From Scyliorhinus canicula (lineage: Eukaryota): a DNA stretch of 64,000 nucleotides. Every line of letters starts with the position of its first letter. The stretch's first letter is position 1. Shown piece by piece: positions 12,169 to 24,591 of the stretch. The notes beneath the pieces were generated by a model. It saw only the letters and a program-made list of their open reading frames with translations, searched no databases and had not been told where the DNA came from. The stretch is taken from the NCBI RefSeq assembly GCF_902713615.1, contig NC_052158.1:159038691-159102690 (forward strand), given 5' to 3'. The translations under genes and the position numbers were made by a program.

Positions 12169-12478
12169 TGGGCGACACAGTAGCACAGCGATTAGCACTG
12201 TTGCTTCACAATGCCAAGGTCCCAGGTTCGGTTCCCAACTTGGGTCACTGGCAGTTTGGCGTCTGCACATTCTCCCGGTGCCTGCGTGGGATTCCTATGG
12301 GTGCTCCAGTTTCCTCCCACAAGTCCCTAAAGACGGGCTGTTAGGTACCGTGGGCATTCTGAATGCTCCCTCTGTGTACCCGAACAGGCGCCAGAATATG
12401 GCGCCTAGGAGCTTTTCACAGTAACTTAATTGCAATGTTAATGTAAGCCTACTTGTGACAATAAAGATTATTATTATT
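12169..12478 (+). mobile_element. V-SINE variant with a TTTTCACAGTAAC..GTGACAATAAA tail
   Basis: V-domain head plus a tail shared with the short SINE; relatives at 16421-16722 and 52050-52305. Confidence 0.85.
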
Positions 12479-13834
12479 AAACCCTGTCCGAAGCCAAACT
12501 ACCCCAAAACCTCCGGCAGATATTCCTACTGCACTCGGTCAAACACCTTCTCCACATCTATCACCACCACGATCTCCACCTCCTGCCGGAAGAATCATGA
12601 TTACCTTATGCAGCCTCCTCACGTTCGCTGTCAATTGCCTCTCCTTCACAAAATTCGTTTGATCCTCGTCTATCACTCGGAGGACACAAGCCTCGTTTCA
12701 CGAGTGCAACACCATTGCCGACTACATTCAGTAACAATATCGGCCTGCACAAGCTGTACTGCTCAGGATCCTTGTCCTTTCTTAACATCAGGGAGGTGGA
12801 AGCCTGCGGAAATATAGGAGCGAGAGCCCCCACTCCCTTGCCTCATTATTTACTCTCGCCAGCAGTTGTCTCAGTTCCGCTCCAAACATTTTATAAGACT
12901 CCACTAGGAACGCGTCCAGCCCTGGAACCTTCTCTGCCTTCATCGCCCCCATACAATCACCCCAATTGGGGTCCCCAGTCCCTGAACTAGCTCCTCCTCT
13001 ACCTTGGGAAACTACAACTTGTCCAACAGCTGCCACATCCTCTTTCTCCCGACTGGGGGCTCGGACTCATATAGCCTGCTGCAGAACGCTCCAAAAGCGA
13101 CATTCACCCCCTTCTGTGTTCATCATCACCTTACCTTATCATCCCTCGCTCTGCCAATTTCCCTCATCATCTCTTGCTTCCCCACCTAATGGGCCAGCAG
13201 CCTGCTCACATTTCCCCATACCTATGCCTGCCCCTCTGGCTTGCGGTAACTGCTCCAGCACCTTCCTCATGAACATCTCCATTAAACACAAAGTCCATCT
13301 GGAGCCTCTGACCCTCCTTCAACAGACCTGCTTCCGGGGCATCCAAATTCCCAGTCTACCCTCAAAATCCTGTCTCAGCCTTCTAATCTCCCCATGTCAT
13401 TCAGCTGCAGCTCCACGTTCCCTAAAATGGCAGCCCTCACCCACTCTCCCAACTCCGCCTCTGCCAGCAACTCCACATCCAGCCTCTACTGCGGATGCTG
13501 CCCCACCCCCTCCCACTTGGCCGCGTGCAAATCCACCCAGTGCTGTGCGTGGTCAGAGCCCAAAGTCGCCGAATATTCTGAGTTGAACAGCGGTACCAGC
13601 AACGCCTTGTCTAACATCAGAAAATCAATCTGGGAGGACACACGGACGTACACATGGGAGAAGTATGAAAATTAATTCACCCTTAATTAACCTCCACGCC
13701 CCCCCCCCCCCCACCACCACCACCACAACCACCACCACCCCCACCTCCCATGTGCTCCATTAACCCCTTCGGCTCCTTCACCATTGCCGACCTCTTCCCT
13801 CACATTGGACTCAACTGGTCCAATCTGAGTTCTG

Positions 13835-15450
13835 TAACATAGAACATAGAACAGTACAACACAATACATGCCCTTAGCTCACGATGTTGTGCCGACCATT
13901 TATCCTAATCTAAGATCAACCTAACCGACACCCCTTCAATTTACTGCTGTCCATGTGCTTGTCTAAGAGTTGCTTAAATGACCCCCATGACTCTGCCTGC
14001 ACCACCTCTACTGGCAGTGCATTCCACACACACACCACTCTCGTTGTAAAGAACCTACCTCTGACATCTCTGCTGTAGCTTCCTCCAATCACCTTAAAAT
14101 TATGGCCCCTCGTGACAGCCATGTTGCAGCTGTACAAAACTCTGGTGCGGCTGCATTTGGAGTATTGCATGAAGGCTGGTCGCCACATTATAGGAAGGTT
14201 GTGGAAGCATTGGCAAGGGTGCAGAGGGGAGTTACCAGGATGTTGCCTGGTATGGAGGGAAGATCTTATGAGGAAAGGCTGAGGGACTTAAGGCTGTTTT
14301 CGTTGGAGAGAAGAAGGTCAAGAGGTGACTTAATTGAGGCATACAAGAATGTTGAAACAAACCTGTTGGACTTTAACCTGGTGTTGTAAGACTTCTTACT
14401 GTTCTCATCATCTTGTACACCTCTATCAAGTCACGTCTCTGCCTTTTTGCTCCAGTGAGAAAAGCAATAGCTCCCTCAACTTTTCATCATGAGACATGCC
14501 CTCCAGTCCAGGCAGCATCCTGGTAAATCTCCTCTGTGCCCTGCACAAAGCAGCCACATCCTTCCTATAATGAGGTGACCAGAACTGCACACACTTTTCC
14601 AAGAATGGTCTAACTAGGGTTTTAAAAAGCTGCAGCAAAACCTCGAGGCATTTAAACTCAATCCCCCTGTTAATGAAGTGGAGAAGCCGGCGTTGGACTG
14701 AGGTAAGCACAGTAAAACGTCCAACAGGTATGTTTCAAACACTAGCTTTCGGAGCACTGCTCTTTCCTCCGGAAGCTAGTGTTTGAAACATACGTATTAG
14801 ACTGTAAGCTGGTTTTGTAAGACTATTTCCTGTTAATGAAAACCAACAGACCATATGCCTTCTTAACAACCCTATCAACCTGGGTGGCAACTTTGAGGAA
14901 TCTATGTACGTGGACCCCAAGATCCCTCTGTTACTCCACACTTCCAAGAATCCTGCCTTTAACTCTGTATTCAGCATTCAAATGCGACCTTCCAAAATGT
15001 ATCACTTCACATTTAGCAAGGTTGAAGTCCATCTGCCACTTCGGAGCCCAGCTCTGCATCCTGTCATTTTCCTCTTGTAACCAGCAACAACCGTCAACAC
15101 CATCTACAAGTCCCCCAACGTTCGTGTCATTGGCGAACTTACCTTCCCACTTCCTCATCCAAGTCATTTATAAAAAACACAAAGAGCAGAGGTCCCAGGA
15201 CAGATCCTTGCGGGACACCACTGGTCACCGACCTCCAGGCGGAATACTTTCCATCCACTACCACCTGCTGTCTTCTTCGGCCAGCTAATTCTGTATCCAG
15301 ACAGCCCAATTTCCCTGTATCCCATGCCCCCTAACTTTCTGAATGAGCCTACCATGAGGAACCTTGACAAATGCCTGACTGAAATCCATAGACACCACAT
15401 CTGCTGCCCGACCTTATCAACGTGTCTCGTCACATCCTCAAAGAATTAAA
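13835..15450 (-). mobile_element. CR1-type LINE 3' part, containing an inverted segment and Penelope-derived inserts
   Basis: KFANDT (YADD equivalent), KCEVIHFGR, LVRPFLEKCVQFWSPHY, (TTCTATG)n tail. Confidence 0.9.
14678..14828. mobile_element. 151-bp Penelope-derived palindromic mini-insertion
   Basis: 12-bp TSD CCTGTTAATGAA (14666-14677 and 14829-14840); central hairpin made of two inverted ribozyme halves. Confidence 0.85.
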
Positions 15451-16420
15451 GAATTAGTAACCATCTTAAATTCCCGCCCCATAATCAACCGGTGCAAATC
15501 CAAGTCAGGAATCTTCCCTAACACCCACCTCATAAAGTGTACATCACCACAACGCATAAACGTTTAACAGGACAACTGGAAACCCTCCAACTTTCTATTA
15601 ACCATCAGGAACCACCCGCTCCGCCCCAGAATCGGCCACAATGTTCCCCAATTCGAACACCATCCGCTCATTCACCAACATCACCACCCCCCCCCCCCCC
15701 CCGTCTTCATATCCAGCCTCAAATGAAACACTTGCCCCACCCATCCCTTCCTCAACCTCGTCTGGTCCCCTATCTTCAGGTTTGTGTCCTGCAAAAAGGC
15801 CATGTCCACCTTCAGGCTCCTCAAGTGCACAAACGCAGGTGACCGTTTGACAGACCCATTCTGCTCAATCACATTCCACGTGACCAGCATGGGTGGGGGA
15901 AGTCCCCCTCCACATTCCCTGCCGATCAGCCATGTCCCTTCTTGGGCCAGCCCCCAGCCTCTGTCACCTGAAACCTCCAGTCCCACCCTCAGATGTCCAC
16001 CGACATCGGTCTCTTTCCAACTGCCCAACACCAACCAAGCCATTGTCAGCAACCCTCCCCCTGTAGCCGCACCCAAGGACAAATCACCAACCTCATCTCC
16101 CGCTATGCCTGCCACCTGACAATCCCCCACTTCACCCTTGTTAATGGGCCCACCCAGCTAGCATGGTGCTCGCCGCCCAAGGCCCCCAAACTCCTTACCT
16201 CCCCTAGCTCCCGTCCACCCGCAAACCATACACCCCAATGAGGAACAAAATGTACACTCACCCTCGATATTCCCCGATGAAAAACCAGTCCTCTGGAAAA
16301 CCCACCATCAAAAACTTTGACAAAATGCACAAATCCCTCCAAAGTTCAATATCTTCACTCTCCTTCCAGTCCATTGTCTCATAAATTATATCACCTCCTC
16401 TAGCGTGCCAACTTAGCTCT

Positions 16421-16722
16421 CGGCATGGTAGCATAGTGGCTAGCAGGGTTGCCTCACAGCACCAGGCACACTCGTTCGATTCCCAGCTTGGGTTACTATC
16501 TGTGTGGGGTCTGCACATTCTCTCCGTGTTAGTGTGGGTTTCCTCCGGGTGCTCTGGACTCCTAACACGAGTTCCAAGAGATATGCTTGTTAGGTGAATT
16601 GGACATTCTGAATTCTCCATCTGTGTACCCGACTAGGTGGCGACGAGGAGATTTTCACAGTACCTTCATTGCAGTGTTAATGTAAGCCTACTTGTGACAC
16701 TAATAAATTATTATTATTATTA
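16421..16722 (+). mobile_element. V-SINE variant with a Rex-like tail
   Basis: Homologous to 12169-12478; (ATT)n end. Confidence 0.85.
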
Positions 16723-16759
16723 CACTTGCTTCTGATACGTCACCCACAGGCGGGCCTGA

Positions 16760-17368
16760 AGCAATATAATACAAGACCAGGGATGTACGTCTGAGGCGAT
16801 ATAAGGCTCTGGTCAGATCCCATTGGAGTATTGTGAGCAGTTTTGGGCCCCTATCTCAAGAAAGATGCGCTGGCCTTGGAAAGGGTCCAGAGGAGGTTCA
16901 CAAGAAACATCTCTGGAATGAAGAGTTTGTCACATGAGGAACGGTTGAGGACTCTGGGTCTGTACTCGTTGGAGTTCAGAAGAACGAGAGGGGACCTTAT
17001 TGAAACTTATAGGATACTGTGAGGCCTGGATGGAGTGGACATGGAGAGGATGTTTCCACTTGTGGGGAAAACTAGAAACAGAGGACACAATCTCAGGCTA
17101 AAGGGACGATCCTTTACAACAGAGATGAGGAGGAACTTCTTCAGCCAGAGGGCTGTGAATCTGTGGAATTCCTTGCCGTAGAAGGCTGTGGAGGCAAATT
17201 CACTGAGTGTACTTAAGACAGAGATAGATAGTCTCTTGATTAATAAGGGGATCAGGGGTTATGCGGAGAAGGCAGGAGGATGGGGATGAGACAAATATTA
17301 TCCATGATTGAATGGTGGAGCAAACTCGATGGGCCGCGTGGCCTAATTCTGCTCCTATGTCTTATGAT
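16760..17368 (+). mobile_element. CR1-type LINE 3' fragment
   Basis: YKALVR..LEYCEQFW, RGHNLRLKG..EMRRNFFSQR; same subfamily as 44440-45075. Confidence 0.9.
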
Positions 17369-17879
17369 CGTATTGTCTAATACTCCGAACTTCACAAACT
17401 TTTGAAAGAGGGCAGCCTTGACCCAGTTTAACCTGGTCGTCCTCTTCGCCAGTTGTGCTCACAGGTCTTGAAGAATCGGCATCTCATTCCCTTCCCTGGT
17501 AAATTTCCAGGTCTGTCGCGTCCTTCAGATGATCTTCTCCTTATCCAGGAAGCGGTGCAACTCCAACACCATCGCCTTCAGCGACTCACCTACCTGTAGC
17601 CTCCTCATCAGCTCACACTGTGTTTGGTCTATCTCCAGGGGCCAGTCATCCAGTAGAGACAGCAGAAGAGGATTCTGGGAGCAGTCAAATCAGTCATGTA
17701 CTGTGGGTTGCCGAGGAGCCCCTCCAGTGACAAAAGGAGGAAGATCATCATCCAGCAGATAATATAATAATAATCTTTAATCGTATCACAATGAGGCTAA
17801 CATTAACGCTGCAATGAAGTTGCTGCGGAAACGAGGTGGCAGAAAGGGATTCTGGGAGAAGCCAACTCAGTCACCTCAA

Positions 17880-18838
17880 AGAAACACAGAAAGTTGGTAG
17901 AATCGGGTGGGTATGAGGCAGATGAAATTCAATACAGAGAATTGTGAAGGGATTAATTTTGGTAGAGGAGTCAAAGAAGAGGAAATATGAAATAAAAGAC
18001 ACAATTCTGAATGGATACAACAGCAGCGGGACCTGGCTGTAGATGTGCATAAGTCATTGAAGGTGAGGACACCTTTCATAATATGGGCACCGTGTGCACG
18101 ATCAAGGAGATTATGTTACACTGGCACAAACCACGAGTTCGGCCGCAACTGGAGTATTATGCCCAGGGCCACACTTTCGAATAATCTGAAGGTGTCAAAG
18201 GCAGAACATAAAAAAATCACAAGCGAGTTTCCCAGGATGAGGAACTTTAGGCATGTGGACAGATTGGGAAGTTGGGTCAAAAGAGGTGGTTGAGAGATTT
18301 GATAGACGTATTTAAAATCTAGAGGGCCATTTGCAGATTACATAGAGTAAAACTGTTCACACTGCTGGAAAGGTTGATAATGGAAAGACACAGATTTAAT
18401 GTAATTGGCAAAGAAAGCAATGGAGATATTGGTCTGTGGAACAATTATGTGTGAATGTTGGTGGACAATTAAAAAGTGACTGGAGGAGAAGACTCCTCAA
18501 ATAACCCCGTCCTGAATGATCGGGGATCACAGGACATCAGTGCGAAAGACAGGGCTAAAGAATCTGGAAGCATTTTACGCCAACAATGCAGAGTGAATAT
18601 TGAAAAAGGACTGGAGTATAAATGTAGAGAAGTGCTTTTTTCAATTGTATAGGACGTCGGTGAGGTCACATCTGCAGTATTGTGGCCATTTATGGTCGCC
18701 TTATTTGAGAAGGACGTGGTGGCATTGGAGGCAGTGTAATGGAAGTTCACCAGATTGATTCCGGCGATAAAAGGCTTGACGTGCGATGAAAGATTAAACA
18801 GTTTGGCCTTATACTCGTTAGAGTTTAGAAGAATGTTT
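17880..18838 (+). mobile_element. Old CR1 fragments; the last continues at 21173-21392 and 21868-22045
   Basis: CR1 3' ORF sequence is collinear across the Rex1 and solo-LTR insertions. Confidence 0.7.
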
Positions 18839-21172
18839 AGATTGGATTGGATTTGTTTATTGTCACGTGTACCGAGTTACAGTGAGCAGTAGTTTTCTGC
18901 GAGCAGTTCAACAGATCATTAAGTACATGGGAAAAAAGGGAATAAAAGAAAATACATAATAGAGCAACACAAGATACACAATGTAACTACATAAACACTG
19001 GCATTGGATGAAGCATACAGGGTGTAGGGTTAATGAGGTCAGTCCATAACATGGTCATTTAGGAGTCTGGTGACAGTGGGGAAGAAGTTGTTTTTGAGTC
19101 TGTTCGTGCGTGTTCTCAGACTTCTGTATCTCCTGCCCGATGGAAGAAGTTGGAAGAGTGAGTAAACTGGGTGGGAGGGATCTTTGATTATGCTGCCCGC
19201 TTTCCCCAGGCAGCGGGAGGTGTAGATGGAGTCAATGGATGGGAGGCAGGTTCGTGTGATGGACTGGGCGGTATTCACGCATCTCTGAGGTTTCTTGCGG
19301 TCCTGGGCCGAGAAGTTGCCAGACAAGACTGTGATGCAGCCCGATAGGATGCTTTCTATGGTGCATCTGTTAAAGTTGGTAAGGGTTAATTTGGACCTGC
19401 CGAATTTCCTTAGTTTCCTGAGGAAGTACAGGCGCTGTTGTGCTTTCTTGGTGGTAGTGTCGACGTGGGTGGACCAGCACAGATTTTTGGAGATGTGCAC
19501 CCCTAGGAATTTGAAACTGCTAACCATCTCCACCTCGGCCCCGTTGATACCGTGTATACAGTACTTTGCTTCCTCAAGTCAATGGCCAGCTCTTTAGTTT
19601 TGCTGGCATTGAGGGAGAGATTGTTGTCGCTATACCATTCCACTAGGTTCTGACTCGTCGTTATTGGAGATCCCGCCCACTATGGTCGTATCGTCAGCAA
19701 ACTGATAGATGGATTTGGAACCAAGTTTTGCCACGCAGTCATGTGTGTACAGGGAGTAGAGTAGGTGGCTAAGTACGTAGCCTTGCGGGACCCGGGTATT
19801 GAGGACTATTGTGGAGGAGGTGTTGTTGTTCATTCTTACTTATTGTGGTCTGTTGGTCAGAAAATCCAGGATCCAGTTGCAGACTGGTGAGCCAAGTCTT
19901 AGGTTTTGGAGTTTTGATATGAGCTTGGCTGGCATTATGATGTTGAAGGCGGAGCTGTAGTGAATAAATAGGAATCTGGTGTAGGAGTCCTGTTTTCGAG
20001 ATGCTCTAGGGATGAGTGTAGGGCCAGGGAAATGGCGTCTGATGTGGACCGATTGCAATGATATGTGAATTGCCGTGGATCAAGGCGTTTTGGGAGTATA
20101 GAGGTGATGTGCTTCATGATCAACCTCTCGAAGCGCTTCACTCTGACTGAAGTAAGGGCCACTGGACGGCAGTTATTGAGGCACGTTGCCTGGTTTTTCT
20201 TTGGTATCGGTATGATGGTGGTCTTTCTGAAGCAGGTAGGGACCTCGGAGTGGAGTAGGGACAGGTTAAAGATATCTGTGAATACCTCTGCCAGCTGGTC
20301 CCAGCAGGCTCCGCATGCACGACCAGGGATCCCGTCCGGGCCCGTCGCCTTCTGAGGTGTCACTCTCAGGAAGGCCGATTTGACTTCGGAAGCTGTGATG
20401 GTGGGTATGGGTGAATTATGGGCTGCTGAGACACTCGACAGTGGATTGTTGGTTACCTGCTCGAACCGAGCATAGAATGCATCGAGTTCATCGGGGAGGG
20501 GTGCGCTGTTGCCAGAGATACTGCTCAGCTTCTTTTGGAGCCCGTTATGTTGCTTAGTCCTTACCACAACCGCCGAGCGTCTGTCTGTGACTCTAGCTTG
20601 GTTTGATATTTTCTCTTGGCATTTCAATTGGCTTTGCAGAGGTCGTACCGTGATTTCTAGTATAGGTCAGGGTCGTCTGCCTTGAACGCCTCAGATCTGT
20701 CCTTCAGTAGGGAGTCAATCTCATGATTGAGCCATGGTATCCAATTGGGGAACGTACGGAGTGCTTTCTTTGGCATGCAGTCGCCCACACATTTGCTGAT
20801 GAAGTCTGTGAAGGTTGTGTCATACTCATTTGAGTTCGTCGCTGAGTTCTTAAATATGGACCAGTCCACTGCCTCTAAGCAGTCACGTAAGAGCTCTTCT
20901 GTCTCCTCGGACCAGCACTGCACAACCTTCTTAGCTGGATTCTCCCGCTTGAGTTTCTCCTTGTCTGCCGGGAGAAGGAGCACTGTCTTATGGTCTGATT
21001 TCCCAAAGTGCGGTCGGGGGATGGAATGGTAGGCGCCCTTGATTTTTGAGTAGCAGTGGTCAAGAGTGTTGTCGCCCCTGGTGGGACAGGAGATGTTCTG
21101 GTGGAGTTTGGGCAGTACACTTTTGTGGCTGGCCTTGTTGAAGTCTCCGGCCACAATAAACAAGGCCTCCGG
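18839..21172 (-). mobile_element. Rex1/Babar-type LINE, 5'-truncated and frameshifted
   Basis: AGDFN..TLDHCY..SDH endonuclease; KATGPDGIPG, RPVALTS, FADDTT RT; FKFLGVHI..KKAQQRLYFLRKL..LLPSGRRYRS; GTGACAATAAAC(AATCC)n tail. Confidence 0.88.
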
Positions 21173-21392
21173 GTGAGAGTGGGTCTGATCGAGATATATA
21201 GAAGACTAAAAGGGATTGATAAAGTAAAGGTTGACCCAATGTTCCTCCATGCAGGGCAATCTAGAATTAGAGGTCACAGATATAGGTTGAGAGGCAGTAG
21301 ATTTAGAACGGAGATGAGGAGGCTCTACTTCACGCAGTGGGTGGTGAATTTGTGGAACTCACTGCCCCACAGTGCGGTGGAATCTTTGTCAT

Positions 21393-21867
21393 TGTAGAAG
21401 GCACTTTAGTTTGTGGATTAGTTGGCCTAATACCCTGTATTAATTTTGCTGCCTGGTGCTTGATTATATTTCGTGGAAATAGGCACTTGGAAAGCATGAT
21501 GGATATTTAGACTTATTTCAGTCAAGAGTTCTGTATGAAATAGTCAGCAGGTCATACAATGTAAACAAGCCTCCAACTGCACATTGTTTTGCTCACAGCA
21601 TATAATTTTTATTTTACTTCGGCAAGGAACCCAAGGCCCTGTTATCAAAATCTAATTCTTGCTTGCTCTGTTTTCTGGGTCCTGCTAATCTAAAGAATGC
21701 TTTCTGTCCCAGATATTGCTTACTGTATCATATAAATTGTCTGCTTTTACCTCTGTAAAGTGGGGCATTTGGAATGACTGCGGTCTCTCCAACCCTCCAC
21801 GAACTTTGTGTTTAATTAAAGGACCTGCGGCGAAAACTCGAAGTGCTGACGTATAATTTCCACAACA
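21393..21867 (+). mobile_element. Solo LTR (475 bp)
   Basis: TGT...ACA ends, 5-bp TSD GTCAT (21388-21392 and 21868-21872), splits a CR1 cleanly; internal TATAAA (21731) and ATTAAA (about 21815). Confidence 0.8.
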
Positions 21868-22638
21868 GTCATTAAATGGTTTCAAGAAGGAGGTAGATAT
21901 ATTTCGAACTTTAAAACGGCCCAAAGGGATATGGGGAACAAGTAGGGAGATGGATTTGAGACCAGGAAGAGATCAGTCGTGATCTGATTGAATTCAGGCT
22001 CGAAGGGCTGAATTGCCGACTTCAGCTCCTAATTCCTATGTTTCTTGAAGTATTCACAGATGAATGCTGGTTGGAGAGGGTGATACAATAAGACTCATTC
22101 AGGGCTGCCAGGCCCTTCATGCTTTCCTGGTAGTCACCCATTTCCTCATTGTCTGCATGCCAGGAAGCTGCGTGTAGATAACATCAGTCAGTGCTAAATG
22201 TGACATTTCCCAATGCTTCAGTAGAATGAAGCCATACAAAATGCTGTACAGCCTGGATAAGCCATGTGATAACAACCAACAAATGTTCTCAACTCCAATA
22301 AATAATCCAGCGGGTTAAAAAAAACGTTGTATATAAATTGGCATCAAGTCCGTCCGCAGATGTTTCGAAACGTGTGCTTAAACATTGCCATCTTTGAAAA
22401 GTTATTAACTGTTGCCGAAAAGTAATGAGAACACAGCATCGCTTCAATAAATTATGAATAATTGCCACATCATCAACATTAATAATAACACTCAGAATTT
22501 GATTATACTCCAGAAGACGGAGAAGTTGCCTCAAGCATTTTCCAATAATCTCACCGCTTGTTATCTCGCATCACCAATGGGGAGGAACCTTCTTTGGGAT
22601 ATTCCAATCTGGCGAATGCAGAGCACGGCTCTCCCTAG

Positions 22639-22646
22639 TATATAAA
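22639..22646 (+). promoter_or_regulatory. Candidate TATA box of gene B, with CCAAT motifs upstream
   Basis: TATATAAA about 75 nt before the ATG; CCAAT near 22542, 22574 and 22604. Confidence 0.45.
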
Positions 22647-22715
22647 TTGTCTACCAGGCGAACACAAGCGTTATGTCCTCCAGAGATCTGGAGAGCGCTA
22701 TTGTTTGATTTGATT

Positions 22716-22930
22716 ATGCGGTCGCTTGCTATTTGGACGCTTCTGTTCCTCCTCTCACTCACGAAGTTGAGTTTAGAAATTCAACCTACGTGCAAGCAGC
22801 GGGAAAGGTTCAATTCCGGAGTCTCTCAAAATGGAGATATTGTTCTGGGTGGTTTATTTCCAATACATTTCGGAACAACGCCAGATGAGAACACATTTCG
22901 TTCTAAACCTCAGCCAATGCGCTGCTTTCT
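22716..22930 (+). CDS. V2R/OlfC-like gene B, exon 1
   Basis: MRSLAIWTLLFLLSL signal peptide, GDIVLGGLFPIH; GTAAGT donor at 22931; 215 nt. Confidence 0.93.
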
Positions 22931-24094
22931 GTAAGTAAGCTCATCAGTCTGAATAGGATTGTTTTCCGAATACGATCAAAACTCCCTTTCTTAAATAACA
23001 CGCAATTCTTGAACCAGGGAAGCCATCATATTTAAATTTCGGTAGTTCTATAATCTGTCGACATGCTTGGGTTTCAGTGGGCGCATTCGAGTGGTCGAGC
23101 GCGATTGTTTCTGTACCATCAGGGAAATGGTTTTCGGCATTAGAAACAGAATGACATGAGGGCAGAATGTTACAGTTGTAAGGATTGCAATGGAAAGCCA
23201 AACTAGTACTTGGAGAGAAAGCCTACGTTAACTTTGTGCAATAAGACCAGAGATTTTTAAAGGATCATCAGATTCTTAGCGACTGAATGATGATGGAAAG
23301 TCCAGACCCAATGATTCACCTCTGCTTCTTCTGGGGTGTGTTTCCTAGTTGCTTCTGAGTATTTCTAACATTTTCCGTACTCATTTTTGAATCTAGGACA
23401 GCTATGTACTGTTAATGCTCTACATTGATATGCTCGTGTATTTACTTTCAAAGTCACTTGTCTTTAGATTTTCTCACTTGGGTTAGCTTTATCCTTTCCA
23501 CTTTATTTCACTGTTGGTTTCTTCTCGCCAGGAATACCTCTAGTTTGGAGAATAATGTAAGCAGATGACAACCTATCAGAAATTAGACAGACTTTCAACT
23601 TGGACCTAGAATAGAACAATCGAATTGGTCTCCTGCTCTCAGTGCCCAATTTCAATTCCCGTAACTTCGGGAGCCTAGAAATGGCAGCTGAGGCGGTTCC
23701 ATCCGTTTTGCGCTGCCGCCCATTAAACAAAATGCTTAAATTTTCCGTATGAATTCGGGTAACAGAATGTGGACGAAGCAAAAAACTAACAGAAGATTTT
23801 TTTCAAGCTAGATGTGTAACCTCTATGAAAATGAACTATGCTCCGCCTCAGAAAGGAGCAGAATATGGATATACAGTTTAATACATCCCGTACCGGCCTC
23901 CCCGAACAGGCGGCGGAATGTGGCGACTAGGGCCTTTTCACAGTAACTTCATTGAAGCCTACTTGTGACAATAAGTGATTATTATTATTATGAGTGAACA
24001 GATCCCATTTAAAGAATCGGTCAACATTTATAGTAAACTGCAGTCGTAAATTTGTTTTATTTTTACTGCAATGTTTTACTAGACGGCTAAAGAC

Positions 24095-24235
24095 CGACCT
24101 AAAATTGTAAAATATCAAAACACTGAAGATGCTGGAAATGTGCACTAAAATAATGGAAATGCTCAGCAGACCTGATAGGATCGATGGAGCGGTAATCAGA
24201 TTAAACGTATCGGGTCGATAGCCCTTCATCAGGCC
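24095..24235 (-). repeat. Old Penelope-type terminal repeat relic with a degenerate hammerhead (family 2)
   Basis: CTGATGAAGGG..CCCGATACGTT, then GTCTGCTGAGCATTTCCA; relatives at 26723-26840, 60140-60230, 62425-62520 and 63200-63300. Confidence 0.6.
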
Positions 24236-24299
24236 TTTAAAAAAAACAAGTTGGTTATAACGTGCTTCCACACTCAATATGCCAATGTTTATTTCATAG

Positions 24300-24591
24300 G
24301 CTCCGGCAAAGAGAGTTGCGCTGGGTCCAGACGATGATCTTCGCAATAGAAGAAATAAACAGGAATCCAAAGCTGCTTCCTAATGTAACATTGGGCTATA
24401 AGATATTTGACAGCTGCCATACACACTCCGATTCGCTGAAAGGAACCCTCAAACTACTGAACGAGGAGGATGAGACCGAATCCAGTTACAGATGTGCGGC
24501 CACTCCGATAGTACCCATCATTGTGGGAGATGCATCATCTTCACAGTCCATTGCCGCCTCACGTTTGTTGGCTCCCTTCAATATAGGCCTG
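24300..24591 (+). CDS. V2R/OlfC-like gene B, exon 2
   Basis: TAG acceptor, GTATGA donor; 292 nt; RWVQTMIFAIEEINRNPKLLPNVTLGYKIFDSC..IVGDASSSQS. Confidence 0.95.

Larger units (their letters stand above)
10190..17760 (-). mobile_element. Fragmented L1/Tx1-type LINE hosting nested insertions
   Basis: Collinear pieces: ORF1-like 17390-17760; endonuclease TWNV..NGSVKR..AFLQDT 15440-15900; linker/RT 12480-13660; KVSLYADDLLL 11815-12165; post-RT 10190-10800. Confidence 0.75.
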
